From the human T2T-CHM13v2.0 reference genome, Homo sapiens, in the NCBI RefSeq assembly GCF_009914755.1, contig NC_060930.1: 64,000 bases of DNA, one strand, 5' to 3'. Every line of letters begins with the position of its first letter. Position 1 is the stretch's first letter. The notes below the pieces were generated by a model. That model saw nothing but the letters and a program-made list of their open reading frames with translations. It was not told the DNA's origin and searched no databases. This document shows, one piece after another, positions 17,163-30,490 of this stretch. A program made the position numbers and the translations under genes.

Positions 17163-19046
17163 GTCCACTAGAATTATTTGGGGACTGAGGAAGAAGAAGC
17201 CGGGAATGCTAGAGCTCCAGGGGCTTTTGCTGCAGAGAGGAAGCTGGAGTCTGGGGACGAAGGCCGGGCAGAACTGGAGAGACGAGGTGGGGACAGGAAA
17301 GACCCCTGGCCCTGACCCTGTCCTCAGCCACCCTCCCTCCTGTGCAGGGAGAGCTTGCGTCCCTCTGGAGTAGGAGGCTGTGTGGAGAAGCCTCTGATGA
17401 GTGAGGAACAGGATGTGCCAAGAGAAACCTCCCCTGAGTCACTGCTCTCCTCGGCACAGGGCCGGTCCTACCCACTTGCCACGTCTTTTCCAGAAAGTCA
17501 AGGGATAAAGATTAATATTTCACGATGCCTTTGAAGCAGCCAGAATTCCACACAGCGCCCCTGCCTGCCTAGGCCTTCTTCTGACTCTTCAAAGTGGAGC
17601 GGACACGAGTCCCAGGCCCCCTGGAGGCAGTGGCCTGGAGGTCTTGCTCTCCCTTTCATCTCCATCCAGGACGGGGACAGCAGCTGCCCCTTGACCCCCT
17701 CGGCCCTCCTGTTCCTGGTCACTGCTGGGTGAGCCTCTGCTTCCAAGCAATTGGGGACCCGGAGCTTGTCACCAGTTTGAGTACAGGGATGTGAGTACCG
17801 TGGAATCTATCCACAAGCCAGAGCCAAGCTCAGTGGGAACAAATGGCTGGAGTGCTTCAAAGACAGAACATTTTCTATCATTTTCCTCTCGTGGGGCGTC
17901 ACCCAACCACACTGCGCTATTGCATTTGGGGCAGATGCAAAGGTGGCCCTCAGCTGCAATGTTTAACCTCATGCGAGGCAAAGAGGTAAATCTCTCTTCC
18001 TTCATAAAAGAACACAGAAAGCAAGTCAGCGCACTCTCCAATTGAACAGACTTTGAGGACGAGACTCATCTACAGTGTCTTATTTTCTCATTGCTCTGTG
18101 TGGTCTACGTTCTGAGGAAAGGAGAGTGAGGTCATGTTATAACCATTTGCAGTTCCATCTTTCCAGAAAAAAGGAAAAGTTATTTCCTGCTGAGTGTCTA
18201 GAGTCCTCAGCCCCAGGAGGGGAATCTGATGGAAAATTTGACACAATAAATAATTAATCTTATGACGTACAACAAAAATTCTAATTCCAGATTATCCCTG
18301 AAACCCAATGTTATTGAAAGTGTCCCTGGCGTCATCAGCATGTACGTGATCCGGGACTCTAGGCATTGGTTTGCCTGCGATTTCTCCACCTTACACATAG
18401 AGCACAGCCCAAGCATGTGCCTCCCGCGGTTCTAGGGGCTGAGCACACCCTGGACTGAGATGGACAAAGCCGTTCTCTTCCGCTGTTTAGGGCTGAGTCA
18501 TTGAGCAAGTGATTACACGTGGAGTAAACGCTGGGGGTAAGCAGGTGCGAAGGGACACGAATCCAGAATGCATAAAACCAGTTACAACAGCACATGCCAT
18601 TTCATTCTGATCCACAGGTGTTCTGATATACCCATGACTCAAGGCTCTGCAGAGATAAAGCGAGAACAGAGCTGTTATTCATTACATATTTGATTTAAAA
18701 GACTCTTTAACACAGTTCCAACATGTTTATCTTCCAAAGGAAGAGAAATCTTGGACGGCATAAGTAGCCCGTGGTTGAATTCCCTCCGGCATCCCAGGCT
18801 CTGCTGTACAAAGTATCATATTCCTGGCTAGCCCACCTCCTGTCCAAACCGCCTCCACCAACCAGCTCTCCTCATTCCTTCTGGTCAGGCCCTTGGGCTT
18901 GCGTTTTCCAAGCCACAGATTTCTGTATGAGTTATTTCCTTCCCTAAACCAAGCAGAGCTTGCACCATTACTGGGTTCTGCCACATCATCCTGATAGAAA
19001 ATAACTCCTTGAAAACAACCCCCAGCCTTCTCTGATGCCCAGGAGA

Positions 19047-19181
19047 CTAATGGGTACTCGGCTTAACACTTGGATGACAAAATAACCTGCACAACAAACC
19101 CCCATGGCACAAGTGTACCGATAGAACAAACCTGCACGTGTGCCCCTCAACTTAAAAAAACAAAAGTTAAATTTAAAAAAA
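19047..19181 (+). mobile_element. Short L1PA/PB 3'-end fragment
   Basis: acaacaaacccccatggcacaagtgtacc...acaaacctgcacgtgtgcccctcaacttaaaa followed by an A-rich tail. Confidence 0.8.
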
Positions 19182-19759
19182 GTCTTGTGAGGGCCGGGAG
19201 TTGTTTCATAGCATTATTGTCTATCGGCATGTCGCAGGGAAGAGCGGGAAGGATGGGAACTGGAGGAACTTGCCGAAGGCCACACAGCTCGTGTGGGATT
19301 TTCATCCCAGCCCTCCATGATCTGGGTTGCTTTCAAGTTCGTTTCAGTGAATTTATGTAAATCATCTGTTTCTCTTCCCTACCACACAACTACCAGAATA
19401 TACATATCATTCAAAAACAGGTTTCATTGAGCATAGATCTGGTCTATTTGGTTCTTTAAACCTCGAGTGGCTGTTCATTGGCCAACAGATGAACAAGAGC
19501 TTTCTTAGAAGAACGCTTAAGAATCTTTACAACCTGCCACCACCAACTTGAGTGCCTGTGTCCTCGGCGCATGAATTGACTTGCTGAGCTGCAACCTCTC
19601 TGGTCTTTCTTCTGTGCTGTGCGGCTCCCTCCCCCTTGAGCCTCTTCCCCACTCCCAGGCCCACTCATCTGGTTTCCACTGTCTTGGCCTTCAAGACTCA
19701 GCTTACTGCAAATTCCTCTAGGAAGCGCCTCCCTGTTCCGAAAGATGGGTACAAGTGCC

Positions 19760-20118
19760 TGTCTTCATCCCTCTGGCTGCTATCACAAAATACCATAGAT
19801 TGGGTGGCTCCTAAACAACAAAAATGTGTTCCTCACAGTTCTGGAAGCTGGCTGGGAATTTCAAGATCAAGGTGCCAGTAGACTCGGCGTCTGGGCGGCT
19901 TCCTTGTTCATAGATGGTAACCTCTGTGTGCATCCTCGCATGGCAGAAAGGGCAGAGGAGCTCTCTGGGACTCTTATAAATGCACTGATCCCGTTCATTG
20001 GGTTCCATCATCATGACGTCATCACCTCCTGAACGTCCCACCTCCTAATGCCATCCCCCTGGAAAGAGGGGCTTCCAACACCTGGATTTCATGGGAATAC
20101 AGACATTCAAGCCACTGA
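19760..20118 (-). mobile_element. MLT1A-type MaLR solo LTR
   Basis: ggctgctatcacaaaataccatagattgggtgg...tcacagttctggaagctgg...agatcaaggtgccag...acagacattca. Confidence 0.85.
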
Positions 20119-22276
20119 GTGCCCCTTCTCTGCACTTCACAATACCCTACGTTCTCCAAACCTCGGCACCTGCTATGATACATCAAGCTGCTTCCTTCCT
20201 TGTCTGATATAGGGACTGGGCCATCAGTCTATTCATTTCCTAATTGCTGCCCTGCTTACCCGTTCATCTTCAATGTCTTGTTTACGTTTAATTTTCTAAA
20301 CTTACCTCCTCATTATCTAACAAACGTCCACCCCTCTTTCCAACCCCGCATGCTGCCCTTCTATTACGAAGATGATCACATCACGATACCCTCTTGCTCC
20401 CACTTTGGGAAGAACTTCTGGTTCTTTGCTAACATGCATGTCACTCCTGGCCAGGCTCTGCACTGGTCCTTCAGCGTCATGGCTCAGCTATGGGCCCACA
20501 TTCCTCTCAGACTGTGGCCACCTTGCATTTTCATAAAACCAGGGCTGGTGACTTCTGACCCTGGCAGGAATTGTGTCCCAGGAATTATTAACCCTGCCCT
20601 GTGCTAGGGCACTCCCTGAAGGCGGGCCCAGTGAGAATCATGCGGAATAGTTTATTCAGACTGTGGGGGGCAAAGGTTTAGCTGAGGGCATCTAAGAATA
20701 TGATTTAAAAAGTGCTGAAAATGTTTAATCAACATGAGAACATGACCACTGTCCCTTCAGTACTGACTCGCCCTCATCCTCTCGTCTTCTGAGCCCACAC
20801 TTTGTCTTCTGGATTTACCACTGACCTTGTGTGAGGCCGGGACAGCAGAAGCCATGGCTCCCAGGGCCTCTGACACCCCTGTCACTGGCAGGGGCGCCTC
20901 CCCCGTGTTTAGGTTTTATTGTGGAAGTGCAAAGCCCGCTCTAACTGCTTACCTTTGTGTCATTTTATCCTATGACACTCATTTTATCCCATGTGGTCGG
21001 TCTCATTGCTGTGCTTGGAGTGGGGACAAGGCATTTAAAGCAGGAATTCATTGCATGATGGTGATGAAAAGTCTTCTTTCCTTTTCATAGCCTTTCACTT
21101 CCTCATTTAAACCGTTTATCCCCTGCAAAGCTAAAAATCAGTAACACGCTTCTCAGTACACTCCAGCTTCAGTGATCACCCTGTGCTGTGAAAACATTGT
21201 GTATCAGAGGGATTGCACCCCATGAGCTCATTCATATTTACACAACATTTTTAGATTTAGATGCCATCCTCAGGAGCAAGGTATTTGCCCCAGAGATTGC
21301 GTCTGGGAGCGCGGGCCCTGCAGAAGCATGGAGAGCGGAGGCCTTTGTACCAGGACATCTCACAGGCCCACTCTGCCTCAGTGGTGTTGACCCAGAGCTC
21401 ACCCCCAGCCCCCGGCACCCTGCAGCAAGAGGCCATCCTGGTTGTGCAATCAGCCTTGTGGAAGCGATCTCCTCACTCAGGAAATATGATCCAATCTCCC
21501 TCTGCTAGGTGACTCATCTCCAGGCTTTCATCTTCTTGACAGGCAGGGTTTTGTCTGTAGCTGCCTCAAAATATTCTTTCCATTTCATCATAGTTTAATA
21601 TTTTATAGACTTGTGTTCTTCAACAAGTAATTAAAACCATCCTTAGCCTCTCAGGATACAAGTCCATTGAGAAAAGTCTGATAAGATGCTTCCGGATATT
21701 ACACACGGCCATTGTATGTGCTCAAACATTTTACGTTACTCATCTGACATCTAAGTTTGACATTTAAACTTTAAAAGGGGGGCTTTATTACCAAACAACT
21801 ACTAAAAATGATTAAAACCTTCAAAGGAGTTACCAATAAGAACATTGTATAAATATGACTAAATCAGATGATTTTATTCCTTTATTGCAGGATAATAATT
21901 AGAATTAGGTGGATTGAAGTCAAAATCCCAGAACAAAACATATTCTTTGCTCTCATGAATTTCTTACAGTTTAAATAATTTTTGCACTGATGTCAACACC
22001 ATTTCTAAGGTGAAGTTTCCTTACATGAAAACAAAACAGAAGAGTTCCACGATTTCAAACATTCTACAAAAATTTCCTCAGTACAGATATATTTCATAAT
22101 CACCCAGATATACTCCAATGTGTGAATGATTCTTAAGTCAAAGAAATAGCATCAGCTCAAGCTCTAATTCCCTTTTCTCATCTTTTGAACTCTCAATGCT
22201 ACTCTCCATGGTGGCTGTTTAAATCTGTATCTTTCCTAAAAATAACTCAAAGAATCCACGTGTAAGAAATGGACTT

Positions 22277-22615
<339 letters not shown>

Positions 22616-22624
22616 TGGACTTGA

Positions 22625-23735
22625 TAGTTTTAATGGAATATGTCGAGGTATAATTGACCTACTGTGTAATGCATATATTTTATGTGTATAGTCAATGAGT
22701 TTTGACAAATGATATGCAGAATTATCACCACCACCATCAAGATACAGAGCATTTCATCACCCAGACATGCTCACGTGCCCCACTGCCAAACTCCCTGACA
22801 GACTTGGCCCCAAGAAAATACTGATTTGCCATTGATCACTATACATTCATTTTTCCTTTGCTAGATTTTCTTATAAATTGAATTATACAATATTTGACCT
22901 TTTGTTTGGTTTTAACTTTAAAACCTTTATTGGTGTATGATGAAAATAAAATAATCAGCATATATTTATATTGTACAATTTGATTAATGTTGGCATATGT
23001 GTATCTATGAAACTATCAACACAACCAAAATAATGAATGTAGCCATCATCCCCAGAAAGATTCCTCCTGCCTTTGTGTCTGTGGCCCTTCTCCCTGGCAC
23101 CTCCCTGCCTCCCTTAAGCCTTCGGAAGTCACTAGTCCACTTTCTGTCACTGTGGCTTGCTTGAATTCTCTGCAGTTTTATGTGAGTGGAATCATACCAT
23201 GTGCGCTCTTTCCTGTCTGCCTTCTTTCCTCCAGCATGCAACTATTTTGAGATTCATTCATGCTGTTGAAGGTTTCAGTTGTCTGTATTATTTTATTGCC
23301 AAACAGTATTTCATTCTACGGATATTCCAAAATCTGTTTACCCATTCACCTTTTGATAAAATTTTTAGCTGTTTCCAGTTTTTGACTCTCACAAATATAG
23401 CTGCTATGAATGTTTACACCCAAATCTTTATTAAGGCAAACCTTACATTTCTCCTGGGTAAGCACTAAGGGTCAGAAAAACCAGACAATCTGGGGAGTGG
23501 CTGTTTAGCTTTTGACAGAACTGCCAAACTGTTTTCCAAATTGATGGTATCATTTCACGTTTCCGATAGCAGTGTGTGGGAGTTCTAGTGACTGACTACA
23601 CGTTCTCAGCAACACTTCGGCCAGTCTCTCCAGTTATAACCATTCTCACAGGTGTGTGGTGTCTTTCTGCATGGTTTTAATTGGCATATCTCTGATCTTT
23701 AATAATGTAGAGCACTTCTTAATGCACTTTTAAAT
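22625..23735 (-). mobile_element. Old L1M (MB/MC/MD-like) 3'-end fragments
   Basis: Antisense L1M motifs (gtcaatgagttttgacaaatg; ttttgagattcattcatgctgttg; aactgccaaactgttttccaaa). Confidence 0.75.
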
Positions 23736-23739
23736 GCAG

Positions 23740-24715
23740 TGAGCTTGAATATACGACAACAAAAACTTCCAAACTAAAATGAAAATAGGAAAACAAATGA
23801 AAACTGGAACAGAATATCAAAGGACTTGGGAATAAATTTAAAAGATTTTATACGCATATCATTAGACTACTAGAAGGAAAAGGAGAAACTGGAGAAGAAA
23901 TATTTGAAATAATAATTACCAAGGATTTTTCAAATTTAATGACAGACATTAAACCACAGATCCAGAAAGCTCAGAGGACACCAAGGATAAATATTATAAT
24001 AATAACAATTAATTATAATAAGGTGAATACATAAGCATATCATACCTAAGCTACAGGAAATCAAAGACAAAAAAATGTCTTGAAAGGCATCAGAATCAAG
24101 AGACAGCTGATCTGCATGGGAACAAGAATAAGACTTACAACAGAATTCGCTTTGAAACTATGCAAGCAAGACAGTGGAATGAAATATTTAAACCATTGAC
24201 ATAAAAAATATATAGTAAAAAGTATACTACAAAAGTAAAGGGGAAATAATTAATTTCCTAGACAAACAAAATCTAAAGGATCCATCACCAGCAGATCTGT
24301 GCAAGAAATGTAAGAAGTTTTTAAAGAAGAAGAAAATTGATACAGATCAGAAATTGAATCCACCTAAAGAAAGGAAAAGCAATAGATAAGGAATAAATGA
24401 AGGTAAAATAAAATCCTTTATTTTTCTTTGTTTTAACTAATCAAAAATATAACAATATCTTTTAAAAAATAATAGTAGCAATATATCAGGTATCGATAGC
24501 ATACAGATAAATGAAGTGAACAAGAATGTTATAAAGGGCAGAAGGAAGGTATTAGGAATATTTTATTGTAAGTTAACTACACTATCTATTAAGTCATACA
24601 GTGGTATTTGAAGGTGGACTTATATTAGTCAGAAATACACATTGCAAACCCCGAGACAACAACTAATATTTTTAAGAGAAGCATAATTAATATACTAAAG
24701 AAAGGTAATACGATG
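23740..24715 (+). mobile_element. Old L1M ORF1/inter-ORF fragment
   Basis: aaaccacagatccagaaagctcagaggacacc and gcaagacagtggaatgaaatatttaaa are L1 ORF1 motifs. Confidence 0.75.
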
Positions 24716-25778
24716 AAAAAGTTTAGTCCTATATCTGGAAATCTTTACTAAATTTAAATTTGTGTATTAAAGTAATAATGACCTGTTTACCCAAACATTA
24801 TAGATGTTTAAATATTTCCTTAATGCATGTAAATTGAGATACAAAGCTTTTTCACAATATACATGTATAGCAGTTTGCTTTAATTTTTTGAAGTAGGGTT
24901 TAATGAGTATTTTTAGAATCATGCTTACATCAGTCCCATATAAACAGAAATTGCTGGGTCTACTAAATCCACAGTAAACCTGATTGAGGCTGCCCATGCA
25001 TGCTTCGACAGGAATCCAGTACACAAACAGATTTCATCAGCATGTTCAGTGGAACTAAGGTCTTCTTAGAACTGTGCTTCTGAAAGGCTAAATGCACTGT
25101 TAGTTGTTTAGGCCAAAGTTGCACAGGTCTGTTCAAAGACTTCCTTCTTTGCCTGTAGTCCATACTTAGGGGCCTCCTGTAGGTTCTCCACATAGTGCTT
25201 ACCTTTTCATTTTGCAAAAACCACTTTTAGCATATTTGAACTATTTCTCTGTACTAACAAAGTCCTCTGGTGCTAGGCAGTTGCTGCCCTGGGAAGCTCC
25301 TGAAAAGTATGAGGTCAATGGCCAGAACAGTTTGGGGGGCAGTTTGGATGGTGTTTCTTGCAACCCCTGTGCCTTGAGGCATTCTTGTTGGTGTATTTGC
25401 TGGAGTATGTTCACTGGGAGGAATCCGTATTCTGGTCTAGTGGCTTGATGTTGTGTTGCATGGATCATAAATTAACGATGATGGCCACAGTGGCTGGCCG
25501 GGGGGCGGGTAGGGGTTTCTCCAGCATCTTCCTTTTCTTCAACTTTATTCTCTTCTTCAATTTCAACAGGTTTTGCCTCAGAGGTGTCCTCATTCTTTAA
25601 ACAGTCGTGTCTGCTGCCTTCCACCTTGAAGGCTCTCTGTGTTTCACATTTTCATTAGCAAGTTTGCTAAATACTATCGTGACTTGCAATATAGAAGACA
25701 TTGATCATGTTTTTGAGAAAGTGTCCAGCACTATCTTTATTGTTGTCATACAAAAACACTTTCAAAACTTAATTATTG

Positions 25779-26384
<606 letters not shown>

Positions 26385-26789
26385 AAGTGGGCAAAACCAA
26401 CTATTTCATGGATAATAGCTTTATTATCACCCAAAGCTACTGATTCATTAGCTTTGATGAAACTTAATAACATTTGAGAGTTTTACTCTTAGTCTGAATT
26501 CCAGTTGTATCATGTATAAAGAACAGTAAGAGTCCACAACATGGTCCTGCTTGTCATGCTTCTGGGCTATTCTCAGATGATGTTATGTGTTCCTAGATTA
26601 TGGAAGGAGTGGGGGCAATAATGGGATAAACATGGCCAACTCTACTCTGGGAATCAACACTCCTATTTCACAACTGAACAAGTGTAAAAGAATAGAAACC
26701 ATACAGAGTATGCTGTGAGACCACTGTGGAATTAAACAAGAAATTAATAACAAAAATAGCTTAAAAATACACAAATATTTAAAGAACAT

Positions 26790-27015
26790 ACTGGGTTGAA
26801 CAGTGCACCCCCAAAATTCATGTCCACCTAAAACCTGTGAAGGTGACTGCATTTGGAAATAGGGTCTTGCAGATTTAGTCAAGTTAAAATTAAGTCATAG
26901 TAAAACCTAATCCAATTATTGTTGTCCTTGTCAAAAGGGAGAAATTTGGACACAGACACACAGAGGGAAGACAGTCACGTGAGGATGGAGTTGGAAATTG
27001 AAGTTATGCTGACAT
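26790..27015 (+). mobile_element. MLT1B/C LTR 5' fragment among L1M ORF2 fragments
   Basis: tgggttgaacagtgcacccccaaaattcatgtccacc...atttggaaatagggtcttgcaga. Confidence 0.75.
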
Positions 27016-27253
27016 ACATAGAGCATTTCTTTCAGTAGCTGCAGAATAAACTTTTCAAAAGCACAAGGACACTTATAAAATTTTATCATACACAGGACAA
27101 AATTTGATGTCTTAATACATTTTAAAATATCAAAGTGGTACACAACATAATTTTTAACCAAAGTGAAATGAATTACAAAATCAGTAACAAAAAGGTAACT
27201 TGGAACTCCTAAGTGTTTCCATATTAAGCATCAGAGTTTCCAAACAACCCTCA

Positions 27254-28108
27254 TGTATTAATCAGAGTTTTCTAGATAAATAGAACCAACATAATTGTAT
27301 AAGTTCATTCTCACTCTGCTATAAAGAACTACCCAAGACTGGGTAATTTATAAAGAAAAGAGGTTTAAATGACTCAGAGTTCCATAGGCCTGGGAGGCCT
27401 CAGGAAACTTACAATCCTGGCAGAAGGGGAAGCAAACATGTCCTTCTTCACATGGCAGCAGGAAGAAGAAGTGCTGAGCAAAGAGGGAAAAGCCCCTTAT
27501 AAAACCATCAGATCTCGTGAGAACTCACTCACTATCATGAGAACAGCATGGGGGAAACCACCCCCATTATTCAATTAACTCCCACTGGGTTCCTCCCACA
27601 ACACATAGGGATTATGGGATTACAATTCAAAATGAGATTTGGGTGGGGACACAAAGTCAAACCACATCAATGATGTATATATTAATTACAAGGTATTGCC
27701 CGTGTGATTATTAAGGCTGACATGTTCCACAATCTGCTCTGTGCAAGCTGAGACCCAAGAAAGCCAGTGGTGCGGTGTGAAACCTGAGAGCCAGTGAGCT
27801 GACGGTATAGATTAGAGTCTGTGTTTAAAGGCCTTAGAACCAGGAGTGCTGAGGGCAGAAAATTGATGTCCCAGTTCAACAAAGCAGAAGGAGTGAATCT
27901 TCCCTTCCTCTGTCTTTTTGTTCTATCAGGCCCTCAGAGATAGAAAGATGCCCACCCCAGGTTGGGGCAGAAAATGTGCTTTATTTAGTCTACAGATTTG
28001 AAGTCTAATCTCTTCCTGAAACACCCTACTAGGCACATCCAGAAATAATGTTTAACCAAATATCTAGGCATTCAGTGATTGAGTCATTGATACATAAAAT
28101 TATGACAC
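27254..28108 (-). mobile_element. MLT2 (ERVL) LTR interrupted by a THE1 LTR
   Basis: tgtattaatcagagttttctaga...agaacca; ccacaatctgctctgtgcaagctgagacccaagaaagcc; ends gatacataaaatta. Confidence 0.8.
27296..27669 (-). mobile_element. THE1C-type MaLR solo LTR
   Basis: Full LTR tgtataagttcattctcac...gagatttgggtggggacacaaagtcaaaccacatca. TSD ataat/atgat. Confidence 0.92.
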
Positions 28109-28109
28109 T

Positions 28110-28660
28110 GCAGCTTATAAGAAAAACACAATGAAAATTTCAAAATAGCATTTGAACTAAGTGATAATATAAAATGGTATACCAAAACTCATGGGATACA
28201 GTTAATGTTGTGTTTAAAAGCAAATTCATAGTCTATTAGTCTAAATTTGTAGTCTAAAAGTATTCTTTTAATGAAAAAAATCAAACCCAACTCAAGATTT
28301 ATTAAAAAATTAAACTGCAAAAAGCATAAACAGAAGTAAGGAGAATTGAAAGATTAAAATAAACTACACAAAATGCAAAAGAAAACATTCTTATCACAGG
28401 AGCTACAAAATCAGAAGCTGTTTTTCCAGAGAAAACTAAACGATAACAAAAAGGTAGACCTCTGGCAACATAGATCAAAAGAAAAGAAAAAGAAAGGTCA
28501 AAATAACCAGTAACAGCAAGGAAAAACAGCAATTTTAAAAGATTATAAATATTAGGCTACTTATGACAATGAATTTGCATATTTAGATAAAATTAATTTG
28601 AATTTTAGATGAAAATTTAGATAAATATTTAAGTGAAATGAATAAATTCTTAGAATAGCC
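28110..28660 (+). mobile_element. Old L1M ORF2 fragment
   Basis: ataccaaaactcatgggatacagttaa and atttaagtgaaatgaataaattcttagaa are L1 ORF2 motifs. Confidence 0.6.
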
Positions 28661-28809
28661 AATCATTGTTCAAAAACTGTATTAGATTATATTTTCATTC
28701 TACTTATCTGTTTATTAAGTGGTGGTTTTAAATTGTATGCATTTCGAACGGTTTTTAATGATGTAGATAAAAAACTCTGAACTTACATTAAAACAATAAA
28801 GTTTTGGCT

Positions 28810-29458
28810 TGTCAACTCAAGGATGATTAAGTTCATAATTTGGAAAGAAGAGCTTTATTTCTCATGAAGGGATGCAGCCTGCAGGTTGCCATTCTGACAG
28901 ACTGGGAAATGTAGCCTCTAGCCCGATGCCAAAAACAGGCACTATGAATTGGGGAGGGAGGGCAAGAAGGGAAATGTAAGAGGTAGCCAAATGTACATAT
29001 ATAATAAGCTATAGGGAGAGTCATAAATATTTATGGAAGGGAAAACGTACACATCTGCAACTGAGCTTCATGTCCCTTGCAATGAGCCCATGTTCAAAAA
29101 GTGGTGGTGGTAGCATGATCCAAAGGTGTTTTCAGCTCTCTGATATCAAAAGGTGAAGCAGAAGACACAAAAACCCTTATTGCACGTTGTTTACAGACTG
29201 GCCAGAAGCAATTCATGGTCAGATGTCTCTTATCAGACAAGAAGGGAGGGGCAGTGTAGGACAGTTAGTAAATTTCCATTTAGCCCTTAGAGAAGAAAGC
29301 CCAATTATGGTTAGCATGTGAAGGGGTGTAATGAGGTGTATCTGACCCCCATTCTGTCATGGCCAAGAACTCAATGTTCAAGGTTTCTCTGGGGTCTCCT
29401 TGGCCAAGAGATGGTCCACTCAATCAGTTGGGGGGCTTAGAATTTTATTTTTAGTTCA
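28810..29458 (-). mobile_element. MER39/MER34-type ERV1 LTR
   Basis: Ends ggtttctctggggtctccttggccaagag...gttggggggcttagaattttattttt, the reverse complement of the family 5' end. Confidence 0.75.
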
Positions 29459-30327
29459 GCTATTTTTCAGCAGCTTTAGGTTTTCTGTAAAATGGAAAGG
29501 TAGTGCAGGGAGGTCTCATATTTCCTGCATCTAGTTTTCTCTATTATTAATATCTATGTCAGTATTGAATATTTCTTAAAATTAATGGACCAATATTGAT
29601 ATGTTATTATTGACTGAGGGTTACACTTTATTCATATTTTCTTAGTTCTTATTCAATCACATTTTTCTCTTGTTGGATGCCATCCGGGATACCACATTAA
29701 ATTCAGTTTTCACATCTCCAAGATTCCACTAGACAAAGAGTTTCTCAACGTTTCTTATTTTGACGCAGAACTTACTTACATAAAATTAAACCAAGTGTAA
29801 TTCCTAAAGTATATTGCCGGGAAATATGACAAGAAACACTTCTGGTTGGCAGATGAAGAAACTCTATTACATTAACAGATCTTAAATCTGACATAGTTAT
29901 ACCACAACATATATTTTATTGACATCCTTAATAAAAATGATGGGGACATTTCAGTATGCAGGCTTGTGGGTAGTTACTACTGGAAAAACACTGTCAATAA
30001 TAAAACTAAAAGAAATTAGTACTTGAAGTGGAAATAAAAATAAATTTGGGTACTTTATAACTTTGAGTTATTAACAGCATATTCTGAGATAATTTTATAA
30101 TGATATTGTAAGATATTTTTCTTATTTATAATTATATAGGAAACATTCAACAGCACTGTTTTTCAGTCAAATGCTCTGCAGATCTACAAGGGTTTTCTTT
30201 GAGATTTTAGCTGAGGATTAAGCTACTTATGCATAAGAGAATACTCACCATATTGATGATTATGTTATGTATCAATGGTTATCACTGTTTAATAATACAT
30301 ATTAAATTATAAAAATGTTTTTTTTCC

Positions 30328-30490
30328 TGCAGTGTCCAATACAGAAGCTACTAGTCACATGTGGTTATTGAGCACTTGAAAAGGTTAATATGAGTGAAGA
30401 ACTAAACTTTTTATGATATTTAAGTTTAAGTAATTTAAACTTAAATTTAAATAGTCACATATAGCTTATGGTGATTTATTTAATAGCACC
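30328..30490. mobile_element. MER3-type hAT-Charlie DNA transposon fossil
   Basis: gtgtccaatacagaagctactagtcacatgtggttattgagcacttgaaa...aatagtcacatatagct. Confidence 0.7.
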